From assembly GCA_963741135.1 (NCBI GenBank), contig CAVUHC010000004.1, positions 60,215-124,214 of the forward strand: a stretch of DNA of 64,000 bases. The letters run 5' to 3'. Below are positions 51,410 to 62,133 of the stretch, in pieces; position 1 is the stretch's first letter; each line of letters starts with the position of its first letter. The position numbers and the translations under genes were made by a program. Under the pieces are notes generated by a model. That model worked only from the letters and a program-made list of their open reading frames with translations, had not been told where the DNA came from and made no database searches. The DNA comes from an uncultured Acidobacteriota bacterium. GTDB lineage: Bacteria > Acidobacteriota > Vicinamibacteria > Vicinamibacterales > UBA2999.

Positions 51410-53176
51410 GTGGCCCTTCGCCGCGGCGTTGTCTTCGTTCTGAGTTTCATCACGCTCGCCGTGATCGTCTCGGTGACCGGCATTGCGTTCGTTTACCTGC
51501 TCGTCTCGCGCGGGCCATCAATCGAGGACGATTCGACGCTCGTGCTCCGGCCTGGAGGCGAGCTGCAGGAGACGGTTCCCGACGACGTGGTCGGCCAATT
51601 GATCGGCCGCAACGTCACCACGGTCCGCAGCTTCGTCGAGAGCCTGCGGCTCGCGAAGCGGGATCCACGCATCACCGGCGTCCTGCTCGTGCCGTCCTCG
51701 TTCGAGTCGCCGTTCTGGGCTAAGGTCCAGGAGCTGCGCGACGCGGTGCTCGACTTCCGCAAGTCGGGGAAGATTGTCGTCGCCTTTCTCGAGTACGGCG
51801 GCGACCGCGAGTATTACCTTGCCAGCGCCGCGGACCGCGTGTTCCTGCTGCCGACGAGCGCGCTCGACCTCACCGGCGTCGCGTCGTATGAAGTGTTTCT
51901 GCGCGGCACGCTGGACACCCTTGGGGCGTATCCAGACTTTCTCCAGATCGGCGCGTACAAGACCGCCGTGAACCAGCTCACCGAGAAAGGCTTCACGCCC
52001 GCGCATCGCGAGATGACCGAGGCGCTCAACGCCGACATGTACACGCAGCTCGTCCGGGGTATCGCCGGCGCCCGGAAAAAGACCGAGGCCGAGATCCGAC
52101 AGCTGCTCGATCAGGGGCCGTTTGCGCCGGAGGACGCGGTGCGCACCGGTCTCGTCGACGCGCTCGCCTACGAAGATCAGCTCGACGATCGGGTGCCGCA
52201 GCTTCGGCAGGGCGGCGACATGCGCCGCGTCGAAGGGAATGACTATCAACGGGTGACGCCCCGATCGCTCGGCGTCCGGCCGCAGTCCAGGATCGCGCTC
52301 GTGTACGCCTCGGGCGTGATCGCGTCGGGCAAGAGCGGCTACGACCCCGGCAACGGCGTCGTCGTCGGATCGGACACCTTCGTCGAGCAGCTCCGGCGCC
52401 TGCGGAACGATGACGCGATCAAGGCGATCGTCCTTCGCGTCGACAGCCCCGGTGGATCCTCGGTGGCGTCCGACGTCATGTGGCGTGAGCTGATGATCAC
52501 GCGCGACCAGAAACCGTCACGGCCGCTCGTCATCTCGATGTCGGACCTGGCGGCGTCCGGCGGCTACTACATCTCGGTGCCGGGTCACGTCATCGTCGCG
52601 CAGCCTGGAACGCTGACCGGATCGATCGGGATCTTTGCCGGCAAGTTCGTCATCGACGGCACCCTCAACAAGGTCGGCGTAACGACGCAGACGGTGAAGT
52701 CGGGGAAGAACGCGGATATCTATTCGCCGTTCGCGCGGTTCTCGCCCGAGCAGCGCGAGAAGGTCGGCCAGTACATGGATGGCTTCTACAAGAGCTTCAT
52801 CACCAAGGTCGCTGACGGCCGGCATTCGACCCCGGACCGGATCGATGCGGTCGCACAAGGTCGTGTATGGACCGGCGCGCAGGCGAAAGACCGCGGTCTC
52901 GTCGACGCGCTGGGTGGGCTCGACACCGCGGTGTCGATCGCCAAGGAGCGTGCGCATATCCCGGCCGACGAAGAAGTGGAGCTCGTCGTGTATTCAACGC
53001 GGCGCAGCTTCTTCGACGCGATCACCGAGCTTGGCCGTTCGTCGTCCGCGCTGGGCGCGTGGGGGACGTTGATGAACGCTGCACAGCGCCAGGCGGTCGC
53101 GTCGCTCCTCGCGCCGGTGACGTCGTTCCGTCGCGGCGAGCCGCTGGCGCTCATGCCGTTCACGTTCGTGCGATAG
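51410..53176 (+). CDS. sppA: signal peptide peptidase SppA, 67K (two-domain) type
   Basis: N-terminal TM segment. Two S49 repeats. SMSDLAASGGYYIS carries the nucleophile Ser. GSIGIFAGK. Confidence 0.9.
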   Translation: MALRRGVVFVLSFITLAVIVSVTGIAFVYLLVSRGPSIEDDSTLVLRPGGELQETVPDDVVGQLIGRNVTTVRSFVESLRLAKRDPRITGVLLVPSSFESPFWAKVQELRDAVLDFRKSGKIVVAFLEYGGDREYYLASAADRVFLLPTSALDLTGVASYEVFLRGTLDTLGAYPDFLQIGAYKTAVNQLTEKGFTPAHREMTEALNADMYTQLVRGIAGARKKTEAEIRQLLDQGPFAPEDAVRTGLVDALAYEDQLDDRVPQLRQGGDMRRVEGNDYQRVTPRSLGVRPQSRIALVYASGVIASGKSGYDPGNGVVVGSDTFVEQLRRLRNDDAIKAIVLRVDSPGGSSVASDVMWRELMITRDQKPSRPLVISMSDLAASGGYYISVPGHVIVAQPGTLTGSIGIFAGKFVIDGTLNKVGVTTQTVKSGKNADIYSPFARFSPEQREKVGQYMDGFYKSFITKVADGRHSTPDRIDAVAQGRVWTGAQAKDRGLVDALGGLDTAVSIAKERAHIPADEEVELVVYSTRRSFFDAITELGRSSSALGAWGTLMNAAQRQAVASLLAPVTSFRRGEPLALMPFTFVR

Positions 53177-53177
53177 G

Positions 53178-53217
53178 AAATTCCCAACTTCTCCTTGGGA
53201 TTTGGGAATTGGGATTT
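53178..53217. repeat. heptad-repeat hairpin between convergent sppA and ppiD (probable bidirectional terminator)
   Basis: aaattcccaa cttctcc ttgggatttgggaattgggattt. It begins 2 nt after the sppA TAG and ends 4 nt before the ppiD stop. Confidence 0.7.
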
Positions 53218-53220
53218 GTC

Positions 53221-55155
53221 CTACGTTCCAAGCACCCGGCGCACGACGTCGTTGTTCACCTGGATCTTCATGCCCTCTTTGGCCTTCGTCATGTAGGACG
53301 AGAAGAAGCGCTCGCGGCGTTCGTTCAGCAGCTGCGTGCGGAACGTCTCCCGCGCTTGTTTGAAGGCGTCAGGCGTCACATCAGCCCGCTCCGCCACGCG
53401 TACGATTACCGTACCGCTGGTGGTCGGGATTGGACCGCTGACTCCGCCGACCGGCAGGCTGAATGCCGCCTTGTCCACGTCGGCGCTGACGCCGATGTCG
53501 GGAAGCGGCGACCCGCGCGCGATGAGCGCCGTATCCTTGGCTTCCAGTCCCTGCGCCTTGGCGGCCGCGGCAAAATCTTTCGCCGAGCGCAGCGCGCTGG
53601 CAATCTCCGCGGCCTTCTGCTTGCTCAGTTCAGCCGCACGCACCTTGATGACATCCTCGCGCACGCGATCCTTCACTTCTTCCAGCTTCGGCACGTACGG
53701 ATCGCGCTTGCCCGTCACCGTGATGTACACGGGACCGCGCGGCGACTGCAGCGCCTTGCTGACTTCACCGTCCTTCAGTTCGAACGCAGAGGAGGCTACT
53801 TGCGGCGCCGAGCCGATGACGGGTATGGGCTCGTCGCGCGCGAAGAAGTCCGACTCCGCGGCCGTCACGCCTGATTCCTTCGCAATCGCGTCGACGTCCG
53901 CGGGTTTGGTAATCCGCGTGTCGAGGTCGCGAGTGCGATCGGCAATCTGCTGATCGACACGCTGCGAGGTAATCGTGTCAAGGATCTGCGCGCGCACCTC
54001 GTCGAGGGTGCGCGTGCTCGCGGGCTTCTTGTCGACGACCTTGATGATGTGGAAGCCGAACTGCGATTTCACGAGGTCGCTGATCTGTCCGGGCTGCATC
54101 GAGAACGCCGCGCTCTCGAATTCGGGCACCATGCGTCCCTTCGAGAAATAGTCGAGATCGCCGCCGGTCGCCTTCGATCCCTCGTCTTCCGAGTACTTCT
54201 TCGCAAGCCCCGCGAAATCGGCGCCCGGCGCCTTAGCCTGCTTGAGGATGTCCTCGGCCTGTTTGCGGACCGCCGCTTCATCCTTGCCGCCGTCGGTCTT
54301 CAGGAGAATGTGGCTCGCGCGCACCTGTTCCGGCGTCTGGAACTGCTGGACGTTGGCGTTGTAGTAGGCCTCCACATCCTGCGGCGATACGGTAATACGC
54401 GAGCGCATCAGGTCTCGATCGAGCAGGAGATAGCGCACCTTGCGCTGTTCGCCCTTGCGGTATTCCGCCTGGTGCGCCTCGTAGTAGGACGCCACGTCCG
54501 CGTCGTTGACCGTCACCTTGTCCCGGAATTTGTCCGCGGTGAGCGCCACGACCTGCAGCTTCGCCTTCTCGTTCCGCGCCTTGTACTCGCGCTCGAGATC
54601 CGCCTCCGACACCGCCATCCAGTTGGTCAGCGCCGAGCGGAGCTTGTCGATCATCATGCTGCGGCGGAGGTTCGCCTCGAAATCGCCCTTGGTCATCGGC
54701 GGGTACTGGCTCGCGAGCAGCTGCTCGTACCGCTGCTCGCCGATGAAGCGGCCGTTTTCCTGCAGCCCGGGAATCGCAAAGATCTGCTGCGCGAGCTCCT
54801 CGTCGCTGACGCGGATGCCCTGGCGCTCGGCTTCGGTCAGCGCCGCCTGCTCGTCGACCATCTGCTGAAGGATCTGCTGATCGATCCCGAGCTGTCGCAG
54901 CAGTTGTTCGTTGACGCCGGCGCCGTACGCCTGTTGGTACGACTGAATCTGGGTCTGGTAACGCCGTTGAAAGTCGAGGCCCCTGATGTCGTGCCCGTCG
55001 ACGGTGGCCACCACATCCGTCGAGGAGGCGCCCACCGACGTCCCGGTCGTGTCAAGGAAACTTGGGATGTAAAACGCGATGAATGTCAGCACCACCAGGG
55101 CAAGGCTCCACTTGAGCCAGTTCTTGTGCCGCCGCATTCGGTCGAGCATCGTCAT
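53221..55155 (-). CDS. ppiD: periplasmic chaperone / parvulin-type PPIase PpiD
   Basis: ATG at 55155 is preceded by an AAGGA SD and gives MTMLDRMRRHKNWLKWSLALVVLTFIAFYIP (N-terminal TM anchor). SurA_N-like region. Rotamase block VRASHILLK...SKGRMVPEFESAAF...FGFHIIKV. Confidence 0.8.
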   Translation of the reverse strand: MTMLDRMRRHKNWLKWSLALVVLTFIAFYIPSFLDTTGTSVGASSTDVVATVDGHDIRGLDFQRRYQTQIQSYQQAYGAGVNEQLLRQLGIDQQILQQMVDEQAALTEAERQGIRVSDEELAQQIFAIPGLQENGRFIGEQRYEQLLASQYPPMTKGDFEANLRRSMMIDKLRSALTNWMAVSEADLEREYKARNEKAKLQVVALTADKFRDKVTVNDADVASYYEAHQAEYRKGEQRKVRYLLLDRDLMRSRITVSPQDVEAYYNANVQQFQTPEQVRASHILLKTDGGKDEAAVRKQAEDILKQAKAPGADFAGLAKKYSEDEGSKATGGDLDYFSKGRMVPEFESAAFSMQPGQISDLVKSQFGFHIIKVVDKKPASTRTLDEVRAQILDTITSQRVDQQIADRTRDLDTRITKPADVDAIAKESGVTAAESDFFARDEPIPVIGSAPQVASSAFELKDGEVSKALQSPRGPVYITVTGKRDPYVPKLEEVKDRVREDVIKVRAAELSKQKAAEIASALRSAKDFAAAAKAQGLEAKDTALIARGSPLPDIGVSADVDKAAFSLPVGGVSGPIPTTSGTVIVRVAERADVTPDAFKQARETFRTQLLNERRERFFSSYMTKAKEGMKIQVNNDVVRRVLGT

Positions 55156-55307
55156 GATTTCATTCCTTCGAGCGTGTTTGAGCCCCTCATCGTACGCTAG
55201 ACGGCCGCGGGCCCGCAACGGTTTCATGGTATATTTGACCGGTTTAGAAGGACTTAGCGGCCGTCAGCCGCCCCCCATGTCCGAGTTCGCTCCCGCCCCT
55301 GTCTGCG

Positions 55308-56408
55308 GTGACACCTATCTCCGCCAACTCTGACTTTCCTCATGACGTGGGGCGTGGTACTCGCCGTGCCGATCTCGCCACGCGACTCAAAGGGCGCCTG
55401 CGAATGCTACGAACTCAGCTCGACCGCCGCGAGACGATGATCGAAGCCGTTCGCGAGGCCAACGCGACGTTGGAGCCCAAGAAAGTCGCTGGATGGCTGG
55501 TTCATCAGGCGCGCTCATGGATCCCCGCTCCCTGCTGGGCGGTCATCGCCCATGATGTCAACGGTGCGCTCAGTGTCATTGCCGAGGAGGGCCTGACCCC
55601 GAACCTGACGCCGTCGATGTGGGCGGCTGGCAACTGGGTGATGCGCAACGGCTCGGAATTTGTCGCAGGCGATCTGGCACGCGACAGCCGCGCCCCCAAA
55701 GGGGCGAGCGGCAGCGTCATCGGGTTTCCCCTTGTCTGCCGTCATCACACCGTCGGGGCCCTCGTGGGACTCGATCCGGTACCCTCTGCCACGGTTCCGG
55801 CGCTCGGTCCGGCGCTGGCGCTGTCATTCCGCTCGATTCTCGAGCCGCCGGCGATTGCGCTCGACAACGCGCTCGCCCTGCAGAAGGCAGAGGCGTTGTC
55901 GGTAACCGACGATCTGACGCGACTGTATAACTCGCGCTACCTCAACCTTGTGCTGCGACGCGAATCGAAGCGCGCCTCACGCAGTGGCCGTCCGCTGTCG
56001 CTCCTGTTCCTCGACCTGGACGGTTTCAAGCAGGTCAACGATACCCACGGCCATCAGGCGGGCAGTAAAGCGCTGGTCGAGGCCAGCGTCATCGTCCACC
56101 GCAGTGCTCGCGAGACCGACGTCTCGGCCCGGTTCGGCGGCGACGAGTTTGCTGTGATTCTGCCTGACACTGGCAGCGAGGGCGCTGTGGCTGTGGCGGA
56201 ACGTATCCGGGACCGCATCAGCGCGTGCCAATTCCTGGCGTCCGACGGCTTATCCATACACTTGACTGCCTCCATCGGAGTCGCGACCCTGCCGGATGTG
56301 GCTGCATCTGCCGAAGAGTTACTGCGAGCCGCCGACAAGGCGATGTACAGGGTCAAGGACGCGGGGAAGAACGGGATTCACATTGCTCAGGAGGCGTCCG
56401 CCTTCTGA
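55308..56408 (+). CDS. diguanylate cyclase (GGDEF) with N-terminal GAF-like sensor
   Basis: [33 protein letters not shown] and [14 protein letters not shown] (an intact GGDEF with an RxxD-type I-site context). Start is uncertain: GTG 55308 or ATG 55404. Confidence 0.85.
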   Translation: MTPISANSDFPHDVGRGTRRADLATRLKGRLRMLRTQLDRRETMIEAVREANATLEPKKVAGWLVHQARSWIPAPCWAVIAHDVNGALSVIAEEGLTPNLTPSMWAAGNWVMRNGSEFVAGDLARDSRAPKGASGSVIGFPLVCRHHTVGALVGLDPVPSATVPALGPALALSFRSILEPPAIALDNALALQKAEALSVTDDLTRLYNSRYLNLVLRRESKRASRSGRPLSLLFLDLDGFKQVNDTHGHQAGSKALVEASVIVHRSARETDVSARFGGDEFAVILPDTGSEGAVAVAERIRDRISACQFLASDGLSIHLTASIGVATLPDVAASAEELLRAADKAMYRVKDAGKNGIHIAQEASAF

Positions 56409-57450
<1,042 letters not shown>

Positions 57451-57532
57451 CCGGCAGCCGGCAGCCGGCCGCCGGCAGACCTTCATCGTGTTTTTCGCTG
57501 CCAGCTGCATGCTGCCAGCTGCGTGCTACTGA

Positions 57533-58399
57533 ATGGCCCTCGTCGATATCCGCCAGCGTACCGGCTATCTCTTTCTCACGTTGATTGTCGGCCACGTCAT
57601 CCTGATTTCCACGCAGGTCACGACCAACCGCGGAGTGCCGCTGTTCGAGGCGGTCGTGTTCGGTGCTTTTTCCGAAGTGCAGCGAGCCTCGAACGCGATG
57701 GGCGACGACGTCCGGCTCTGGTGGCAGGACTATTTCGCGCTCCAACAGGTGCGCGCCGACAACACCAAGCTGAAAGAGGAGCTCGCCGAGGTGCGCGTCC
57801 GGCTGCAGCAGGAGCGCGGCGCTGCGGAGCAGTCGCGAACACTGCAGAATCTGTTGAATCTCAAGACGAGCGTCACCCTGTCGACGACCGCCGCGAATGT
57901 CATTGCCGGCGGCGCAAGTCCCGAGTTCAGGACGATCACCATCGACAAGGGAACGAACGAGGGGCTTCGGCCGGATATGGCGGTGATTGCGCCGGCAGGA
58001 GTCGTCGGGAGGATCATCCTGCCGACTGGCAGGGCCTCAAAGGTTCAGCTTCTCATCGATCGCAATGCTGCGGCCGGGGCCATCGTCGAGCGCACGCGAG
58101 CGCAGGGAGTCGTCATCGGCTCGGGCGCTGAGCAGATGAGGATGGATTACGTGGCGGGTTCGGCGGACATCAAGGCGGGTGATACCGTCGTGACCTCAGG
58201 CATCGATGGCATTTACCCTAAGGGCTTTGTCATAGGTCAGATAGAATCAGTACAGCGGGGCGCGGGCGTGTACAGCACGATCGTGATTCGCCCCGCCGTA
58301 GATTTTTCGGCGCTGGAAGCGGTGCTCGTTGTTCAGACGCCGGCGGCAGCGGTCCCTGGCGCTGTCGCGGCTCCCGGTTCGAACCAGGATCACGAGTGA
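57533..58399 (+). CDS. mreC: rod-shape protein MreC
   Basis: N-terminal TM, coiled coil (LKEELAEVRVRLQQE) and GDTVVTSGIDGIYPKGFVIGQI. Position after mreB. Confidence 0.85.
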   Translation: MALVDIRQRTGYLFLTLIVGHVILISTQVTTNRGVPLFEAVVFGAFSEVQRASNAMGDDVRLWWQDYFALQQVRADNTKLKEELAEVRVRLQQERGAAEQSRTLQNLLNLKTSVTLSTTAANVIAGGASPEFRTITIDKGTNEGLRPDMAVIAPAGVVGRIILPTGRASKVQLLIDRNAAAGAIVERTRAQGVVIGSGAEQMRMDYVAGSADIKAGDTVVTSGIDGIYPKGFVIGQIESVQRGAGVYSTIVIRPAVDFSALEAVLVVQTPAAAVPGAVAAPGSNQDHE

Positions 58400-58902
58400 A
58401 AACGGCCGGCGTTTTCATCGCGATAGCTCTGGCGCTGGCGTTGCAGTCGAGTCTTGCTCGATTCGTGGTCCGGGGGACGGTAGCGCTGGACCTCGTGCTC
58501 ATCGTGGTCGTCTACGTTGCGCTCACCACCGGGCCGGTCACCGGGATGCTTGCCGGGAGCGTCGCGGGTATCGCGCAGGATGCGCTTTCCAGCGGTACTC
58601 TTGGCATCGGAGGCCTGGCGAAGACGATCGTGGGTTTCGCGGCCGGCGTGATCGGCCAGCAGTTCATCGTGACGGCCGCGTTTCCGCGCTTCGTGATGTT
58701 CGTCGCAGCGACGATCGTGCACGCGGCGTTGTTCATGGGGTTGTATGTGCTGCTCGGGCTGCGGGAGTTTCCCTCGCCCTGGGTGGCGGTATTCAGTCAG
58801 TCGGTTGCGAACGCGGTGGTTGGCATGATCGCGTTCACGATCATCGAGGCGCTTCCTGGCGCGATGGATCGCCGAAGGTTCTCGAAACGCGCGAGACGGT
58901 AA
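58396..58902 (+). CDS. mreD: rod-shape protein MreD
   Basis: GTGA overlap with mreC. Five hydrophobic segments, about 168 aa. Conserved operon position. Confidence 0.7.
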   Translation: MKTAGVFIAIALALALQSSLARFVVRGTVALDLVLIVVVYVALTTGPVTGMLAGSVAGIAQDALSSGTLGIGGLAKTIVGFAAGVIGQQFIVTAAFPRFVMFVAATIVHAALFMGLYVLLGLREFPSPWVAVFSQSVANAVVGMIAFTIIEALPGAMDRRRFSKRARR

Positions 58903-58913
58903 CACGAGTGTGG

Positions 58914-58935
58914 GGGCGGGTCTGCAGACCCGCCC
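58914..58935 (+). other. perfect 9-bp GC hairpin between mreD and mrdA (no T-run)
   Basis: GGGCGGGTC tgca GACCCGCCC. Confidence 0.4.
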
Positions 58936-58947
58936 GAAGACAAACCT

Positions 58948-60908
58948 ATGGCAGTCACAGAAGATCGCCGCCGCATCACCGTCCGCCTGACCGTACTGCA
59001 GGTGGGCGCCGTCGTGGTGTTCGCCACGCTCGCCATCAGCTTCTGGCTCCTGCAGATCGTGCAGCACGCCAAGTTCGAGGAGATGGCGGAGAACAATCAC
59101 CAGCGGACGTTAGCGCTGCGAGCGCCGCGCGGCATCCTGTACGACCGCAACGGACAGGTGCTCGTCGAGAACCGCCACTCCTTCACCATCTCCATCGTCC
59201 GCGAACACACCAAGGATATGGACCGTACGGTCCAGCTGTTGTCGGCGGTCGCCGGTCTCGACCCGAAGGACGTCGAGGCGATCGTCGCGCGACACCGCAG
59301 CGAGCCGAGCTACCGACCGATCGTGGTCGTCGAAGACGCGTCCCTCGCGCAGGTGGCCGCGATCACGGCGCGGCGGCTCGACTTCGAGTTGCCCGACGTT
59401 GTCGTCGAGGAAGTGCCGACGCGCCAGTACCCGGCCCTGGCGGCGCATCTGTTCGGGTATGTGGGCGAGGTCAACGACGCGATGGTGGCGTCGGACAACA
59501 CGCTCAGGAGTGGGGACATCGTCGGCCAGTCGGGCATCGAGAAGATCTACAACGGGCTGCTGAAGGGGGAGGACGGCGCCAAGGTCGTGGTCGTCAACAG
59601 CCTCGGCCGGGAAATACGCACGCTCGACGAAGAGCCGCCGACCGAAGGCAAGCGGATGCAACTCACCATCGACTACGACGTGCAGAAAGCAGTCGAAGAC
59701 GGCTTCAAGGGGCTCGCGGAGTCGGGCATTGCGACGGCAGGCGCCGCCGTCATCCTCGACCCGTCGAACGGGGAGGTGCTCGCGTTCACGAGCCAGCCCG
59801 CATACGATCCGAACGCGTTTGCAGCCGGTATCGATCGCGCCACATGGAATTCGCTCATGTCGGACGATGAGCGGCCTCTCAACGACCGCGCGATCCAGGG
59901 ACGCTACTCGCCGGGGTCGACCTTCAAGATGGCTGTCGCGCTGTCGGCGCTCGAAGAAGGGGTCATCACGCCTGACTTCAAAGTGCACTGCACCGGCAGC
60001 GCCAATTTTTACGGCAACATCTTTCAGTGCTGGAAAAAGGGCGGCCACGGCACCATCGATCTTCGGCACGCGATCGAGCAGTCGTGCAACGTGTTCTTTT
60101 ATACCGTCGGGAACATGGTCGGCGTCGACAAGATCAACAAATGGGCGACGCTCCTCGGCATGGGCGTCCGAAGTGGTATCGACCTGCCCAACGAGGTCAC
60201 CGGTCTCGTGCCGTCCACGGAGTGGAAGCGACAGAGGATGCACGAGAAGTGGTACCCGGAGAGACGATCTCGGTGGCGATCGGTCAGGGCGCGGTCTCGG
60301 TGACACCAGTGTCGATGGCGGTCTACATGGCGACGCTCGCGAACGGCGGAACGCGGGTCACGCCGCACCTGGTGAAGGCAGTCGACCAGAACGATGGCAA
60401 GGGCTGGGTTCCGGTTCCGACCCCGGCGCCGCAGTCGAAGGTCGACATCGATCCCGACAAGCTGCAGGCGATCCGCGACGGTCTGTGGATGGTCGTGAAC
60501 GGCGCCGGCACGGGTCACAATGCACAGCTGAAAGGGTACGACGTGTCCGGTAAGACTGGTACGGCACAGGCCATCTCGCTCAAGGGCGGCAAGGGCCGGA
60601 CAGAGAAGCGCTTCCAGGATCACGGCTGGTTCGTCTTCTTCGCGCCTCGCGATCATCCGCAGATTGCGGGCGCCATCCTGGCCGAGAATGGCCTCCACGG
60701 ATCGAATGCCGCGATCGTCGCCAAGCACGTGATGGAAGTCTTCTTCGCGAAGAAGGAAGGGCGGCCGCTGCCGGAGCTGAGAATGCCCGGTGCGGGCGGA
60801 CCCCCGGTGCCAACCGACACTCCGAACTCGCTGCCGCCAGTCGCGGCGCAGCCTCCCACGCCGCCGCCGACGGCAACCGCGGCGACCGTCGCCGTCGGAA
60901 CCAGGTAA
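58948..60908 (+). pseudogene. mrdA: penicillin-binding protein 2 (MrdA), frame broken by an apparent 1-nt deletion near 60255-60259
   Basis: Frame 1 (58948..) carries the TM anchor, dimerisation domain, SPGSTFK (SxxK) and ...IEQSCNVFFY...EWKRQRMHEKWYP, then nonsense. Frame 2 (ORF 60027..60908) continues GETISVAIGQG...SGKTGTAQ (KTG box). tacccggagag should read tacccgggagag or taccccggagag to give KWYPGETIS. Confidence 0.85.
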
Positions 60909-60912
60909 GGAC

Positions 60913-61998
60913 ATGTTCGAGCGCCGGCTCTATTACCACATCGACTGGGCAATGCTGGCAGGGATCCTCGCGCTGTGCGCGATTGGTCTGGCGCAGATAT
61001 TTAGCGCCACTGGCGGCTTCACCGGCATCTACTACACGCAAATCTACGGGATCGTGCTGGGCCTGTTCGCGATGGCGGTCTGCCTCACGATCGACTACCG
61101 GTCGCTTGCCGACAAGTCACATTGGATTTTCCTCGCGGTGCTCCTGCTCTTGATGTACGTCCTCTTCTTCGGCGTCATCCGCGGCGGCTCGCGGCGCTGG
61201 ATCGATCTCGGGGTCGTCAACCTGCAACCATCCGAGTTCGCGAAGGCGGCGCTCGCCCTCGTGCTGGCCAAGTTTTTCGGCGACAGCCGCCGCGGCGCGA
61301 TCAGCCGCGAAGACCTCGCGATCGCGGCCTGTATAACCGCGGTCCCGCTCATCCTCGTCGCGCGCCAGCCGGATCTCGGAACTGCAGTGACGCTGATCCC
61401 GGTGGCGTTCGCCATCGCGTACGTCGCCGGCATGCCGATGCGGATCATCGGCGTCCTCGCGCTCGTGGCGGTGCTGGTCGCGCCGGTTGCGTGGAAATTC
61501 GCGCTGCAGGACTACCAGCGCGGGCGCATTTCGACATTTCTCGATCCCGCGCAGGATGCCAAGGGCGCGGGGTACCAGCAGATTCAGGCGCGGATCACCG
61601 TGGGATCCGGCGGTCCGTGGGGAAAAGGGTTCACGAAGGGAACGCAGGGCCAGTTGCGGTTCCTTCCGGTCGCACATAATGACTTCATCTTTTCGGTGCT
61701 TGCCGAGGAGCAGGGATTCGCGGGCGTGCTGGTCACGCTCGGGTTGTATCTGTTCGTGATTCTTCGCGCGATCGAGGCGGCACGGCTTGCCAAGGATCGA
61801 GTGGGCGCGTACCTGGTGCTGGGGGTGCTGGCCAGCTTCACGTTCCAGGTGATTTACAACGTAACGATGTCGGCCGGCCTCGCGCCGGTCAAGGGATTGA
61901 CGCTTCCGCTCATGAGCTACGGCGGCTCCTCCATGATTGCAACCTTGGCGGCGTTCGGCCTGATTCTCAACGTACGGATGCGTCGTTTTACAAATTAG
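60913..61998 (+). CDS. rodA: peptidoglycan glycosyltransferase RodA (SEDS family)
   Basis: ATG at 60913 gives MFERRLYYHIDWAMLAGILALCAIGL. QPSEFAK, RQPDLGTA, HNDFIFSVLAEEQGF and LPLMSYGGSS. Confidence 0.9.
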   Translation: MFERRLYYHIDWAMLAGILALCAIGLAQIFSATGGFTGIYYTQIYGIVLGLFAMAVCLTIDYRSLADKSHWIFLAVLLLLMYVLFFGVIRGGSRRWIDLGVVNLQPSEFAKAALALVLAKFFGDSRRGAISREDLAIAACITAVPLILVARQPDLGTAVTLIPVAFAIAYVAGMPMRIIGVLALVAVLVAPVAWKFALQDYQRGRISTFLDPAQDAKGAGYQQIQARITVGSGGPWGKGFTKGTQGQLRFLPVAHNDFIFSVLAEEQGFAGVLVTLGLYLFVILRAIEAARLAKDRVGAYLVLGVLASFTFQVIYNVTMSAGLAPVKGLTLPLMSYGGSSMIATLAAFGLILNVRMRRFTN

Positions 61999-62133
61999 GC
62001 GGATCTACGGTCCGCCTCTACGAGGCCACTACCGACATGACTGCGCTTCTCTGGATTCTGCTGACGTACCTCATGGTGCGCTCGGCGGAGCTCCGTCTGG
62101 CGCCGCGTGCGTGGCCGTCCGGGAGCTTCGGGC

